The notes below the pieces were generated by a model that had not been told where the DNA came from, ran no database searches, and saw only the letters and a program-made list of their open reading frames with translations. DNA of 64,000 bases, from IMG/VR virus record IMGVR_UViG_3300036987_000183; one strand, 5' to 3'. This document shows, in pieces, positions 20,057 to 30,109 of the stretch (its first letter is position 1; each line of letters opens with the position of its first letter). The DNA comes from an uncultured virus (IMG/VR IMGVR_UViG_3300036987_000183) (taxonomy: Duplodnaviria; Heunggongvirae; Uroviricota; Caudoviricetes). Both the position numbers and the translations under genes were made by a program.

Positions 20057-22262
20057 ATGTCAAGGCTCCGCGAAATAGCACTATATGACGCCACGGTTCA
20101 TGCTTATCTCAAACTGTTTGATATGACCCCAGGGGCGTCCTGGACGCTTACAATGGAAAACCTGGTGATTCACCTGTCCAATGAAAAAGCAGAGTTACTG
20201 CGAAGGGTAACCGAGCTTGAGATCAGGAAAATGCCAGAACCTCTAGAGTTAAATATTGTCAAAATTAAAACCGAGACAACGGCTGGTACCGCCAAGGAGG
20301 AACGATGGACAACGAGAGAGACGCAATAGACAGGGATACCGGAACGAATGAGAAAAGTGCTATCCCGGTCAATTCGCTGGTTATGCCCTTTTCTCTGGAA
20401 ATATGGGAGAAAAAAACCATCACAGTTACAGCCGAAAATTATGCTGGAGCTGTTAAACAGGTTCCACGGGAATGCTCCTTCGAATCGGTACGGAAACAGG
20501 GTGATGAGTACGAAGATCGGTTGACCGAATATGACTGGTGTCACTTGTGCTGTCAGCCGATGCTCCAGAATAAAAATGGTCCGGTCGATAGGTGGGCAAA
20601 GATTGAGATCGACCGTGATGACGATTACCCCTTCGCAGGGGACTGCGTGCACGAATCCTGCGCTATTTCCCTGGGTAGGAAAATACTGGAAACCATGAGG
20701 ATATAACACCAGTTCAACCTTGGTAAGTGCACCTAACATAGAAAGAGCGAGGAGATTAAAAATGGAACTGACAAAAAAAGCAAGGGCTGTCGTTGATGCA
20801 ATTGAGGAATGCGGTGCAAGTGATAAGTTGACCCATGCCGTCACGTTGGCTACTGATCTGGCAGCAGACCTGGAGTTTATGGATCTGCATCATCTCGCAA
20901 TCGACAAAGGCTGGAAGATTCCGTCGCAGGAAAATGGTGATTTCCCGAAACATGCCTGGACGTGGTACTGGCGCAACTGTGAAGCTTATGAAAAAGACCC
21001 GTCCGTGGGCCGGCCGGTTGTGCCACATCGCAGTGGAGGTGGAATATTCCATGATGTTAAGAACCCACCGAGTATCCCGAGAGATAGACCGAGGGCATAG
21101 AATCTGGATCAGCGGAGGGCTTATGAGTGAGTACGGATGCACAGAATGTGAAGCATTGCCAGGGAGCGCTGTTTGCGAGAAATGCCAGCCTTCCGCTGTA
21201 TCGCCTAGTTCACCAGCCCCATGCCATGAGTGCCTATGTTGGGAAGGCCGCTGCACTCGTAGTAAAAGACTTTGGGACCAATGCGCATGGAAGAGTAACT
21301 ATGGATTGTTTGTGCCAAGAGAAAAAAGGCGACCCGCTAGGTAAATTATCTTTTAAAAAGGAGGATGACAATGAATGCAGTAGAAATCGTAAAACAGTTG
21401 GGCTATGAACAGATGAGAGTATTGCAGGAGTTGAAAAATAAACCCGACAGCGAAGGCTCTGTCCTCTGCAAGGATGCAGATTGCTCCTTCTCCGAACTCT
21501 TTTCTCTGGGTGAGAAAGGACTGATAGATGTGGGGATGGATCGGCTGGAACCGAAGCGAGTGCACCCTGCGTTGACCGACCTTGGCCGCGAAGTTCTGGC
21601 GCTCTGCGAGTCGGAAGGGATTGTTTAGTAAAGGTCTCACCCCCTATCCCATCCTAACTTTGTTAAAAAATTAGAGGGTTCCACATGAAAAATTGGAATG
21701 AACTTGATGGAGCAGCCGCAAAAAACTTAACCCCCTTGGCCTTAAAGGTATTTCACGAATACAAAGACCAACTCAAACAAGATGGACATACATGGGAAAA
21801 TGATGCCTCTGATATTTTACGTGGATACATTTGGGATGACATGGAAGATGACATTCAAGAGCCATAACGACAAGGGTCAGCTGGTTCCCTGCTGAGCCAG
21901 CTGACCATGAAAAATGATTTGAGCAAGGAGACTCGATGAAATTTCATTCGATCATGACGGCAGAGGTAAGAGTTGATTGTTACTCTGGCGAGACATGCGA
22001 CCAGCACCGAAAATATTTCGGCATGTACTGCGACGGTGACATGGAAGGCGGAGAGTTTGGAGAAGACAAGATCGTAATTAACCTGGCCCAGTTGCCACCA
22101 GGGGCAAAAGTGACTGTGGGATATCCCGTTTGCCCGACATGTGGAACTCCTCGTGAGGACTCCATGGAATTTGTGGAGGGCGTTTACAAGATCATCGGCC
22201 ATCCCGATAAATGCCAATGCGGTTTCGATTGGAAGAACTGGGCCGAAGAGGTATACGGATAA
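20057..22262 (+). other. Accessory hypothetical genes (20057-20329, 20305-20706, about 20762-21100, about 21123-21344, 21365-21628, 21685-21867, 21936-22262)
   Basis: Consecutive + strand small ORFs with RBSs, lower GC than the flanking core genes. Confidence 0.55.
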
Positions 22263-22276
22263 CACCTGCCGACCCC

Positions 22277-22309
22277 AGACCTGCCAGGTTTTCAAAACCT
22301 GGCAGGTCT
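22277..22309. repeat. Perfect 33-bp palindrome (REP-like), copy 1
   Basis: AGACCTGCCAGGTTTT-C-AAAACCTGGCAGGTCT; second copy at 36715-36745. Confidence 0.9.
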
Positions 22310-22370
22310 CATCCCCCCCATCCCTACCGCAAACTTTTTACAAATCCCCCCGAAAATGTAAAAAAACTTG

Positions 22371-22438
22371 TGCACGTGGTGCATGTGGTGCACGTGGTGC
22401 ACGTGGTGCAAGACTTTTCACTTTTTACGCCGTACCAT
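22371..22438 (+). promoter_or_regulatory. Candidate late promoter: 9-mer tandem array plus -10 element
   Basis: (TGCAYGTGG)x4+TGCA at 22371-22410; TACCAT at 22433-22438, 7 nt before ATG 22446. Confidence 0.6.
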
Positions 22439-22445
22439 CCGGCCC

Positions 22446-22688
22446 ATGGCACTCACCCCCCTTTATACCCAAGCGGAAATCGACGCCGAAATCACCCAGG
22501 CGAAACGCGATCTGGCTTCTGCCCGCCAGGCGATTTCGCGCAGCATCGGGACCGGAGTCAGCAACAGGGCCAGCATGAGAGAGCGGGTCGATGTCTTGCA
22601 GCGCCACCTGGAATGGCTCCAGAGTCAGCGCGCAGCCTTGCAGATCGGGCCGGGCGCTCAGGCTCATGTCGGGAGGCCTGCACGATGA
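22446..22688 (+). CDS. gpW-like head-tail joining protein
   Basis: 80 aa, helix-hairpin-helix pattern; directly before the portal with ATGA overlap. Confidence 0.65.
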   Translation: MALTPLYTQAEIDAEITQAKRDLASARQAISRSIGTGVSNRASMRERVDVLQRHLEWLQSQRAALQIGPGAQAHVGRPAR

Positions 22689-24352
22689 CTGGTTCTTGCC
22701 GCATAGGAAGAAGTTACCCCGCCGCCAACTACCATGGCCCGGCCATGGAAGCCGCTACCGTTTCCCGTTCCGCTGCCGGCGCGCTCGGTACCATGAGCAA
22801 CTGGGTCCCCCGCCGCCTCTCCTGGCGTGAAGAGGGTAGCCAGCGCGAAAAGGTCGCGCTCCGTTCCACCGACATCGCCGTCAATGACGCTCACGGCGCC
22901 AGCATTATCGACTCCATCACCATCAACACCGTCGGCACCGGACTCTGGCCCCGCTCCACTCCCAATTTCAAGCGGCTCGGAATTACCGAAGAACAAGCCA
23001 CCGAAGTCGCCGAGGCCATGGAATGGGAGTTCGAACAGTTCTCCCGAGAAGCCGACGCCCGGGGTGTCACCGATTTTTACGGCATCCAGGTGCAAAACAT
23101 CTGGGCGATGCTGGTCAAGGGGGAATTCATCAACCTCCCGCTGATGCTGCGCGATTCAGCCCGCCGCTATTCCCTGGCCCTCCAGACCATTGACCCCGCC
23201 CGCCTGCGCACTCCGGCGGTCTACGCCGCTTCCCCCGATATTCGCGACGGTATCCGCCTGGGCGAAAACGGCCAGGCAACCGGTTATTTTCTGGCTGATC
23301 CGGAAAACGGCCTGATCTTCTCCGGCGATTCCTACAACTACGAGTTTCAGGAGTTACCCCCCCGACGCGGGCACCGCCCGGTGGTCATACACAGGTTCGT
23401 ACCGAAAGAGCCGGAGCAGGCACGCGGAGTTCCGATCTTCGCCCCGGTAATGAAACTCTTCCGCGATAAATCCGATTACCTGGATTTCGAGCTGGTCGCC
23501 GCCATCGTCGCTGCCAACTTCCCCGTCTGGATCGAGAAGGGGAGCCTGTACGACGCAAACACCCTCCCCGGTGTACGCGTCGGCGCACCAATGACACCGG
23601 AAGGCGATCCGACCTACTACCACGAGCTCCGTCCCGGACAGGTCCATTACGGCAACCCCGGCGAGAAGCCCCACTTTCCCAGCTCGACCCGCCCCTCCGG
23701 CAACCTCCCGGCCTTCCTGGAGACAGTACTGCGAGCCATCGGTGCCGGCGGCGGCGGAATGCCCTACGAGCTGGTGGCCAAGGACTTCAGTAAAACAAAC
23801 TACAGCTCCGCCCGGGCCGCACTGGAAGAGGCCTGGCGCGTATTCGGCTTTAACCAGGATTGGCTGGTCAAGGGTTTTTGTCAGCCGGTCTGGGAGATGG
23901 CCTTCGAAGAGGCCTGGCTCAGGGGTCGGATCAAGTTCCCTAAGGGCGCACCCGACTTCTACGCCGCCCGAGCTGAATGGTGTGCGGCGCAGTGGACAGT
24001 CCCCGAGCGTACCACCCTCGACCCGGTCAAAGAGATGGTCGCTCACGTCATGGGCAAGCAAAACAACGTCGCCACCGACGCCGATTTCTGCGCCAAACGT
24101 GGAAAAGACTACGAAGCCGTCTACCAGCAAAGAAATCGCGAGCGCAAACTTGCCAAGGATCTGGATCTCCCCGAGGTCAACGACTCGACCGTCTCAAAAA
24201 AACCGGAAAAACCGGAAGACCCGCAGAACCCATCGGAGTCATCCTCCTTCGCCAAGGCTCCGGCGGACACGTCGGCGGACATGGTAGCCAACATCATCGC
24301 CGAAGCAGTCCGGGAAGAAGTAAAGGCCGCCATGCGCACGGAGACAGCATGA
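22685..24352 (+). CDS. Portal protein, lambda family
   Basis: TVGTGL, IRDGI, EQARGVP, DFSKTNYSSARAAL, LDPVKE motifs. Confidence 0.9.
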   Translation: MTGSCRIGRSYPAANYHGPAMEAATVSRSAAGALGTMSNWVPRRLSWREEGSQREKVALRSTDIAVNDAHGASIIDSITINTVGTGLWPRSTPNFKRLGITEEQATEVAEAMEWEFEQFSREADARGVTDFYGIQVQNIWAMLVKGEFINLPLMLRDSARRYSLALQTIDPARLRTPAVYAASPDIRDGIRLGENGQATGYFLADPENGLIFSGDSYNYEFQELPPRRGHRPVVIHRFVPKEPEQARGVPIFAPVMKLFRDKSDYLDFELVAAIVAANFPVWIEKGSLYDANTLPGVRVGAPMTPEGDPTYYHELRPGQVHYGNPGEKPHFPSSTRPSGNLPAFLETVLRAIGAGGGGMPYELVAKDFSKTNYSSARAALEEAWRVFGFNQDWLVKGFCQPVWEMAFEEAWLRGRIKFPKGAPDFYAARAEWCAAQWTVPERTTLDPVKEMVAHVMGKQNNVATDADFCAKRGKDYEAVYQQRNRERKLAKDLDLPEVNDSTVSKKPEKPEDPQNPSESSSFAKAPADTSADMVANIIAEAVREEVKAAMRTETA

Positions 24353-24361
24353 TTTCAATAA

Positions 24362-24389
24362 TTCATCATTCATCCTTCATAATTCATCC
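24362..24389 (+). repeat. TTCATNN heptamer array (x4)
   Basis: TTCATCA TTCATCC TTCATAA TTCATCC between portal and protease. Confidence 0.85.
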
Positions 24390-24410
24390 TTACCCCAGCC
24401 CGGAGGCAGC

Positions 24411-25697
24411 ATGAAACTCGACCGCCTGGTCCGCCTGATCAGTCAGCAATGGGCTATCGAATCGGAGGTGTTGGAAAACTGGTGTCAGATCCTCGACGCC
24501 AAGCTTTCCGGTCTCCCGCTTCCGGATCACCTCCTGGCCACCGAAGAAAGAATCGCCGCTGGCCGCTCCGGATCCAGAAGCGATGACGACCTGTTTATTC
24601 GCGACGGAAACATTGCCATCGTCCCGGTAGTCGGCACCCTGGTCAAAGCCAATACCCTCTTTTCCTGCGACGCTACCTATGGCGATTTGCGCCGGGCCGT
24701 ATCGGCCGCCGAGAAAGCTAAAGGGATCGACGCCATTATTCTTGATGGCGACACTCCCGGCGGTACCGTGGCAGGCGTGCAGGAGGCCGGTGATTTTCTC
24801 GCCAAGGTTGGCCAACGAAAACCCCTCTACGGCTGGGTGGATGACCTGGCGGCCTCGGCCGGTTATTGGCTCCTGTCTCAAACCCGCATGATCGGAGCGC
24901 ACGCCGCCGCCGATATCGGCTCTATCGGAGTCCTGACCGTCCACTATGACCGATCCGGACGCGACGCGCAGAATGGCGTCAAGCGCACCGTGCTTGCCGT
25001 GGGTGATTACAAAGCAGCGGGCAACGATACCGCCCCGCTTACCACCGACGAAAGATCCTACATCATGGACCGGCTTGACCAGACCTACGGCCTCTTCATT
25101 GCCGCCGTCGGCAAGGGCCGCCCGCAACTCTCCGCCGAGATGATCCGTGAGATGCAGAGCCGCGTTTATAAATCCGCCCAGGCCCAAAAACTGGGCCTCA
25201 TCGACCACGTCATGGGACGTGATGAATATATCGACTATATCAAACAACAGACCAGAGGGGCGGTCACCGTCCCGGTAAAAGGAGTAAGAGCCATGAATAT
25301 CGATGAACTCAGAGCGCAGCATCCCGACCTCGTCTCTCAGGTTGAGGCCGCCGCTCGCGAAGGAATGATCTCCCGTGCCGAGCACGACACCGCCTTGACC
25401 GTTGCCAGCACCGAAGCGACCGAGACGAGCCGCTCCTCGGTGCTTGCCCTGCACTCCGCAATTTTCGGCGAGGAGGCCGCCGCCCGCTTCTCGGCGGCAG
25501 TCGAAAGCGGCATCACCGCCGACCAGGCCAAAGCGCTTGGCATTACCGCCGAAACCGGTGACGCCGCGAGCCGCACCGCCATCCTGGACGGCATCACCGC
25601 AGCTGCGGCGCAGGGCCTCAGACCCGGCCAGATCGTGCAGCAGCAAGTAGCCGCCATTGATACCTCGGCCATCTACGCGAATCGACAAGCAAGGTAA
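24411..25697 (+). CDS. S49 (SppA-like) prohead protease with C-terminal scaffold (gpC-like)
   Basis: DTPGG, AASAGYWL, GSIGV, GDYK, GLIDHV. Confidence 0.9.
   Translation: MKLDRLVRLISQQWAIESEVLENWCQILDAKLSGLPLPDHLLATEERIAAGRSGSRSDDDLFIRDGNIAIVPVVGTLVKANTLFSCDATYGDLRRAVSAAEKAKGIDAIILDGDTPGGTVAGVQEAGDFLAKVGQRKPLYGWVDDLAASAGYWLLSQTRMIGAHAAADIGSIGVLTVHYDRSGRDAQNGVKRTVLAVGDYKAAGNDTAPLTTDERSYIMDRLDQTYGLFIAAVGKGRPQLSAEMIREMQSRVYKSAQAQKLGLIDHVMGRDEYIDYIKQQTRGAVTVPVKGVRAMNIDELRAQHPDLVSQVEAAAREGMISRAEHDTALTVASTEATETSRSSVLALHSAIFGEEAAARFSAAVESGITADQAKALGITAETGDAASRTAILDGITAAAAQGLRPGQIVQQQVAAIDTSAIYANRQAR
25293..25697 (+). CDS. Nested in-frame scaffolding protein (Nu3-like)
   Basis: Internal AAGGAG RBS then in-frame ATG (MNIDELRAQHPDLV); Ala-rich helical sequence. 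Confidence 0.65.
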   Translation: MNIDELRAQHPDLVSQVEAAAREGMISRAEHDTALTVASTEATETSRSSVLALHSAIFGEEAAARFSAAVESGITADQAKALGITAETGDAASRTAILDGITAAAAQGLRPGQIVQQQVAAIDTSAIYANRQAR

Positions 25698-25702
25698 ACA
25701 AA

Positions 25703-25760
25703 GGATGAAGGATGAAGGGTGAAGTTTTTTCATAATTCATACTTCAAAATTCATAATTCC
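25703..25760. repeat. Inverted heptamer arrays (GGATGAA)n...(TTCATAA)n
   Basis: Seen directly between protease and decoration genes. Confidence 0.85.
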
Positions 25761-25780
25761 AAAAAAAAGGAGTACCGAAC

Positions 25781-26428
25781 ATGTCCCCAGTAATCAGCGA
25801 AGGCCGCTATCGCGGCGAATTTCTCTACAGCGAAGCGTGCGGAACCCGCTCGCTGGAGACTGTCATCATCGATACAGGCGATTTAGCCGCGGGTACCGTA
25901 CTCGGCCAGATCACCAAAGGGGCCGCAACCGGAGCGGCCGTGGTCGGCGGTACCGGCAACGGTACCATTACCGCCGCCCCGGCCGTGGCAGCTGGCGCTA
26001 AAGCAGGCGTTTACCGCGCTGTCTGCATCGAACCGGCGTCAAACGCCGGTAAGTTCCTGGTCACCGACCCTGACGGCATCAACCTCGGCGTGGCCACCGT
26101 GGCAGTCGAGTTTGTCGGCGGCGGACTCACGTTCACTATTGCCGACGGCAGCACCGACTTCGCTTCCGGCGATTCCTTCACGGTCACCGTGGCCGCAGGT
26201 TCCCTGAAATACGTTGCCTACGACCAAGACGGTGTAAACGGCACCGAGATCGCCGCCGGTATCCTCCTCGACAACGTCGACGCCACCTCAGCCGACGTGG
26301 AGGCCGTCATCGTAGCCCGTGACGCCGAAGTAAACGGCAGCGAAATCACCTGGCCGGCGGACATCGAAGCCGGAGAGAAAACCGTCGCCATCGCGCAGCT
26401 CGCTACTCTCGGCATCATCGTCAGGTAA
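25781..26428 (+). CDS. Head decoration protein (gpD-like) with beta-rich insert
   Basis: LAAGTVLG...AAGIL...ARDAEV...LGIIVR; position before the capsid gene. Confidence 0.8.
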   Translation: MSPVISEGRYRGEFLYSEACGTRSLETVIIDTGDLAAGTVLGQITKGAATGAAVVGGTGNGTITAAPAVAAGAKAGVYRAVCIEPASNAGKFLVTDPDGINLGVATVAVEFVGGGLTFTIADGSTDFASGDSFTVTVAAGSLKYVAYDQDGVNGTEIAAGILLDNVDATSADVEAVIVARDAEVNGSEITWPADIEAGEKTVAIAQLATLGIIVR

Positions 26429-26434
26429 AACAAA

Positions 26435-26501
26435 GGATGAGTTATGAAGGATGAAGGATGAAGTAAAAAACCTTTCATAATTCATAATTCAAAATTCATA
26501 C
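26435..26501. repeat. Inverted heptamer arrays (GGATGAA)n...(TTCATAA)n
   Basis: Seen directly between decoration and capsid genes; similar to 25703-25760. Confidence 0.85.
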
Positions 26502-26524
26502 TTTAAGAAAGAGGAGAAAGACAA

Positions 26525-27556
26525 ATGGGAGTCTTCGACGTATTCAATTCCGACCCGTTCAGCCTGGTGTCACTAACCGACGCCATCAACAAAGTTCCCT
26601 TCGTCCCCGGATATCTCGGCCAGCTCGGCATTTTCGAGGAAAAGGGTGTGTCAACCACTTCTGTAATGATCGAGGAAAAAGACGGCATCCTCTACCTGGT
26701 TGAGAACCGCCCTCGCGGAACATCACCCCAGCAGAATCAAACCGGCAAGCGCAAGGCCAGATCCCTTGTCCTCACCCACCTGCCGACCGGCGACCGGGTC
26801 ATGGCCGACGAGATCCAGGGCGTGCGGGAATTCGGCAGCAACGACCAGGCCAAAGCCATCCAGAACGTGGTCAACGGCAGGTTCGCCACCATGTCCAACA
26901 GCCTCGATGCCACCCTGGAGCATTTGCGCATTGGGGCCATCAAGGGGACCATCCTTGATTCGGACGGCAGCACGGTGATCTACAACCTGTTTACCGAGTT
27001 CGGCGTCTCTCAGGAGACGGAGGTTGACTTTGATCTCGACAACGCCAACCCGGCTTCAGGTATTGTGCGCAAAAAATGCGCCGGCATCATTCGCGCCATC
27101 GCCGTCAATCTCGGCGCCGTACCCTTCTCCGGCGTCGAAGCCCTCTGCGGCGACGCCTACTTCGATGACCTGATTGCCCATCCTGAAGTGCGCGCAACCT
27201 ACCTCGGCCAACAGGAAGCGGCGGAATTGCGCGGCGGCTACGTTCAGGGCGGACAGGCATATGGCCGCGTTTCCTACGGCGGGATCAATTTCACCAACTA
27301 TCGTGGAAGGGTCGGTACTATCGACTATATCAACACCGACAAAGCTCACTTCTTCCCGACCGGCGTAACCGGCCTGTTCAAAACATACTTCGGCCCGGCC
27401 AACTACATCGAGACGGTAAATACCCTGGGGCTTCCCAAGTACGCGAAAGTCTCCCCGGATATGCAGTTCCAGAAATGGGTCGACCTCGAAGCGCAATCAA
27501 ACCCGCTCCCCATTTGCACCAGACCCAAGGTGCTCATGATCGGCAAGCGAACCTAG
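26525..27556 (+). CDS. Major capsid protein, lambda gpE family
   Basis: FSLVSLTDAIN, EHLRIGAIKG, ETVNTLGLP, QSNPLPICTRP. Confidence 0.9.
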   Translation: MGVFDVFNSDPFSLVSLTDAINKVPFVPGYLGQLGIFEEKGVSTTSVMIEEKDGILYLVENRPRGTSPQQNQTGKRKARSLVLTHLPTGDRVMADEIQGVREFGSNDQAKAIQNVVNGRFATMSNSLDATLEHLRIGAIKGTILDSDGSTVIYNLFTEFGVSQETEVDFDLDNANPASGIVRKKCAGIIRAIAVNLGAVPFSGVEALCGDAYFDDLIAHPEVRATYLGQQEAAELRGGYVQGGQAYGRVSYGGINFTNYRGRVGTIDYINTDKAHFFPTGVTGLFKTYFGPANYIETVNTLGLPKYAKVSPDMQFQKWVDLEAQSNPLPICTRPKVLMIGKRT

Positions 27557-27558
27557 TA

Positions 27559-27590
27559 TTGGGGCGGGCTTACCCCGCCCCAAACTTTTA
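27559..27590 (+). terminator. Hairpin/terminator after the capsid gene
   Basis: TTGGGGCGGG-CTTAC-CCCGCCCCAA followed by ACTTTT. Confidence 0.55.
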
Positions 27591-27620
27591 ACCGCACCTT
27601 CTGGAACTTGCCGGGGTTTT

Positions 27621-27932
27621 ATGGATTTCACAACTGACATAGACATGCTGTTTGAAGAGTTTGCCGATGCAACCGCCACCATCGGCGCCGACTCAATCTC
27701 TGTCATATTCGACGCTCCCTACAAGGGCGTCAGCATTGAGACCAACGAGATCGAGGCCTACTCCCCGATGGCAACGGTTAAATCAACCGACGTGGCAGCC
27801 CTGTCCATAGCGCATGGTACCTCGATCATCATCAGCGGCGCACCTGGCGGAGAATATGACGGGACCTACACCGTCATCGGCATCGAACCCGACGGCCAAG
27901 GAACAAAGAAACTCATACTCGAGAGTCAGTAG
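27621..27932 (+). CDS. Head-tail joining protein (gpFII-like)
   Basis: Size, position and C-terminal YTVIGIEPDGQG..LIL. Confidence 0.7.
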   Translation: MDFTTDIDMLFEEFADATATIGADSISVIFDAPYKGVSIETNEIEAYSPMATVKSTDVAALSIAHGTSIIISGAPGGEYDGTYTVIGIEPDGQGTKKLILESQ

Positions 27933-27973
27933 GCAGGGAGTAGAAACCAGTAACCAGGGAATAGGAGCCATTC

Positions 27974-28255
27974 ATGTCCGAGCATATTCACCCGGAACCG
28001 TGCTCAGCGTATCACGCCAGTAATTGTGAATATGCCAATTCCGCCGCAGAGAAGGCAGTGAAAAAAACTTTCGCGATCCTCGGGGTGGATATCGAGCGCC
28101 CTGAGCAGGTGGCGGAGTTCCAGGACGCCCTCCGCTTCGGCAAAAAGCTCTTCAAGCTCGCCGATCACGGTGTGCTGGTTATGGTCGGAGCCCTGGCGCT
28201 CCTGTTCGTTGCCGCGGTGGTGGTCGGGATTAAAGTCAAGCTTCTGGGGTCGTGA
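27974..28255 (+). CDS. Membrane hypothetical protein
   Basis: C-terminal hydrophobic helix; RBS. Confidence 0.6.
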   Translation: MSEHIHPEPCSAYHASNCEYANSAAEKAVKKTFAILGVDIERPEQVAEFQDALRFGKKLFKLADHGVLVMVGALALLFVAAVVVGIKVKLLGS

Positions 28256-28731
28256 TGGTCAAGTGTGAATTTTTAGAAGGCTGCCAAGTCTACCAAAATG
28301 CCGGAGAGGCAGCATGCCGCAGGCACTTTTGTAACGACACCTGCCCCACACCGAAAGGAAAAAACAATGATAATCACGGCCCTGGGAGGATGGAACAATC
28401 TGGTGATTCTGCCGGATCCGGAACACAACCGACACATGCGGCGTGTCCGCCGAAGCCTCGGCGAAGGCGGAAGGCGTAAGAAAAATGGCTAAGACCTGTT
28501 TTTTCTGTAAACCGAATAACCAGCATGTCTGCGACGGCGAGCATTGCGGCGGGTGTGTGGTCGGCCAGGATCCCCACGGGGACGTGTCCGCCAGAGCCTT
28601 GGTGGTGGAGGATGGCAAACCCAGCGAGCGGATGTATGACGGTAGACCATGGATACCAGGGGAGGTATTGGCGGAGGAGAAAGACGGTACCCCCAGTGAG
28701 GACACAAAACTTTCTGAAAGGATGATGCAAA

Positions 28732-29022
28732 ATGCTGACGACACTCAAGAATGAACTAATCAGAATCTGGCCGCTCCTGGCAATCATTGCCCTCGCCCTC
28801 GTGATACTCGGCGATGTGGCTCAATTGGCGGTACAGCTTTACCGCCTATCGATGGTGGCGCTGGTCCTGATCGCTGCCCACTTGATCCGTAAGGCGCTGT
28901 TCCCGTATCTGGACCTGAAAACATTTACCGGTAAAGCCAAGGAAACAGCATCCGGAGCGGGCATGGTTGTTCTGGCGTTGTTCGCCCTGTTGGCAGTCAT
29001 TGTTTGCGTGGCGGTGCTGTAG
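28732..29022 (+). CDS. Putative holin
   Basis: 96 aa with three hydrophobic segments, directly upstream of the endolysin. Confidence 0.65.
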   Translation: MLTTLKNELIRIWPLLAIIALALVILGDVAQLAVQLYRLSMVALVLIAAHLIRKALFPYLDLKTFTGKAKETASGAGMVVLALFALLAVIVCVAVL

Positions 29023-29678
29023 TGAGATATCTGCTCTTCGCCCTGGTGCTTATCGGCCTCCAGATATCGCCTGCAGCCTGTCTAGCTGCCCAGGTGAATA
29101 TCTTGGCCAGGGCGCAAAAACATTTGCCGACCCTCTCGCAGATCACCGACCTCCACTGGCCCGACGCTCCGATGCGGGAAGTCATGGCCGGACAGATCGA
29201 GCAGGAGAGCAGGTGGAACACGAAAGCCGAACTGAAAACCTCAAGAGAGTACGGCATCGGCCTGGCACAGATAACCGTCACGGAGCGATTCAATAATTTT
29301 GAGGCGGCAAAAAGAATCTCCGCACTCAAGGACTGGCAATGGGAAGACCGTTTCAATCCGCGCTACCAGATGACCTACCTGGTTCTCACTGACCGGGCCA
29401 ATATTAGGGCTGTGAGCAAAATGTTCCTGGATGATGCAAATCGCTGGGCAGGAGCATTAGTGGCCTACAATGCCGGCATGGGCACGGTACTTCAGCGCCG
29501 AGCAATTGAGCGAGCCACTACCGGCCGGAATAGCGGTCTCTGGTTCAGTGGTCTCGACAAATATCGCATGGCCTACGAAAAACGGCTGCTTTATGGACGT
29601 GACCTGGGCGAGCGCCGCAATGAGTATCCGCACCTTGTGATACGAGTCCGGGCGCCAAAATACCGGGGGATGTTGTGA
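29022..29678 (+). CDS. Lytic transglycosylase (SLT) endolysin with N-terminal signal
   Basis: QIEQESRW catalytic Glu, GLAQ, AYNAG. Confidence 0.85.
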   Translation: MRYLLFALVLIGLQISPAACLAAQVNILARAQKHLPTLSQITDLHWPDAPMREVMAGQIEQESRWNTKAELKTSREYGIGLAQITVTERFNNFEAAKRISALKDWQWEDRFNPRYQMTYLVLTDRANIRAVSKMFLDDANRWAGALVAYNAGMGTVLQRRAIERATTGRNSGLWFSGLDKYRMAYEKRLLYGRDLGERRNEYPHLVIRVRAPKYRGML

Positions 29679-30082
29679 TAACCGACTTGCTTAAATCATT
29701 TTCGGGGGCGGTAGCTACGTACCTTATACAGATCCTGCTTGGCATCATTGTCCTGCTGGCCATTTTCGCCGGTATCCAAACAGCCAGGCTTCGCTGGTCT
29801 GATAAAGACCTGCAGATAGTCCAAGCCAAAAACGAAAACCTCTCCACCGAGATTGCCGCACAAAATAAGGCAATCCAGCGGTGGCAAGAAGAGGGAGAGA
29901 TGGCACGGCTGCAAGCCGAGGTGGCCCAGCAGGCCGCCGCCAAGGTGAGAGCCAAAAGCAACCGCCGAATTGCCAAGCTCCAGGCCGAACAGGTACCGAC
30001 AGATTGCACCGAGGCAGCGCAATGGGCAGCAGGCAAAGCGGCTGAACTGACGAGGACATGGCAGGCGATCCCTGCTCCGTGA
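29675..30082 (+). CDS. Putative i-spanin (Rz-like)
   Basis: N-terminal TM helix followed by coiled coil, downstream of the endolysin. Confidence 0.6.
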   Translation: MITDLLKSFSGAVATYLIQILLGIIVLLAIFAGIQTARLRWSDKDLQIVQAKNENLSTEIAAQNKAIQRWQEEGEMARLQAEVAQQAAAKVRAKSNRRIAKLQAEQVPTDCTEAAQWAAGKAAELTRTWQAIPAP

Positions 30083-30109
30083 ACTGTGTCCGTGAAGGGC
30101 GAAGACTCT

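Noticed and set aside
22371..22410. CRISPR array (also considered for the heptamer arrays)
   Set aside because: Short contiguous tandem units without unique spacers; no cas genes seen
22211..22684. N-terminal extension of the portal in the ORF track (713 aa)
   Set aside because: Runs through the palindrome, repeat array and gpW gene; ATG 22685 with ATGA coupling is more plausible
24390..25733. Long minus-strand ORFs (also 18666-19541, 17754-18593, 12194-13039, 23354-24130)
   Set aside because: Antisense shadows of well-supported GC-rich plus-strand genes
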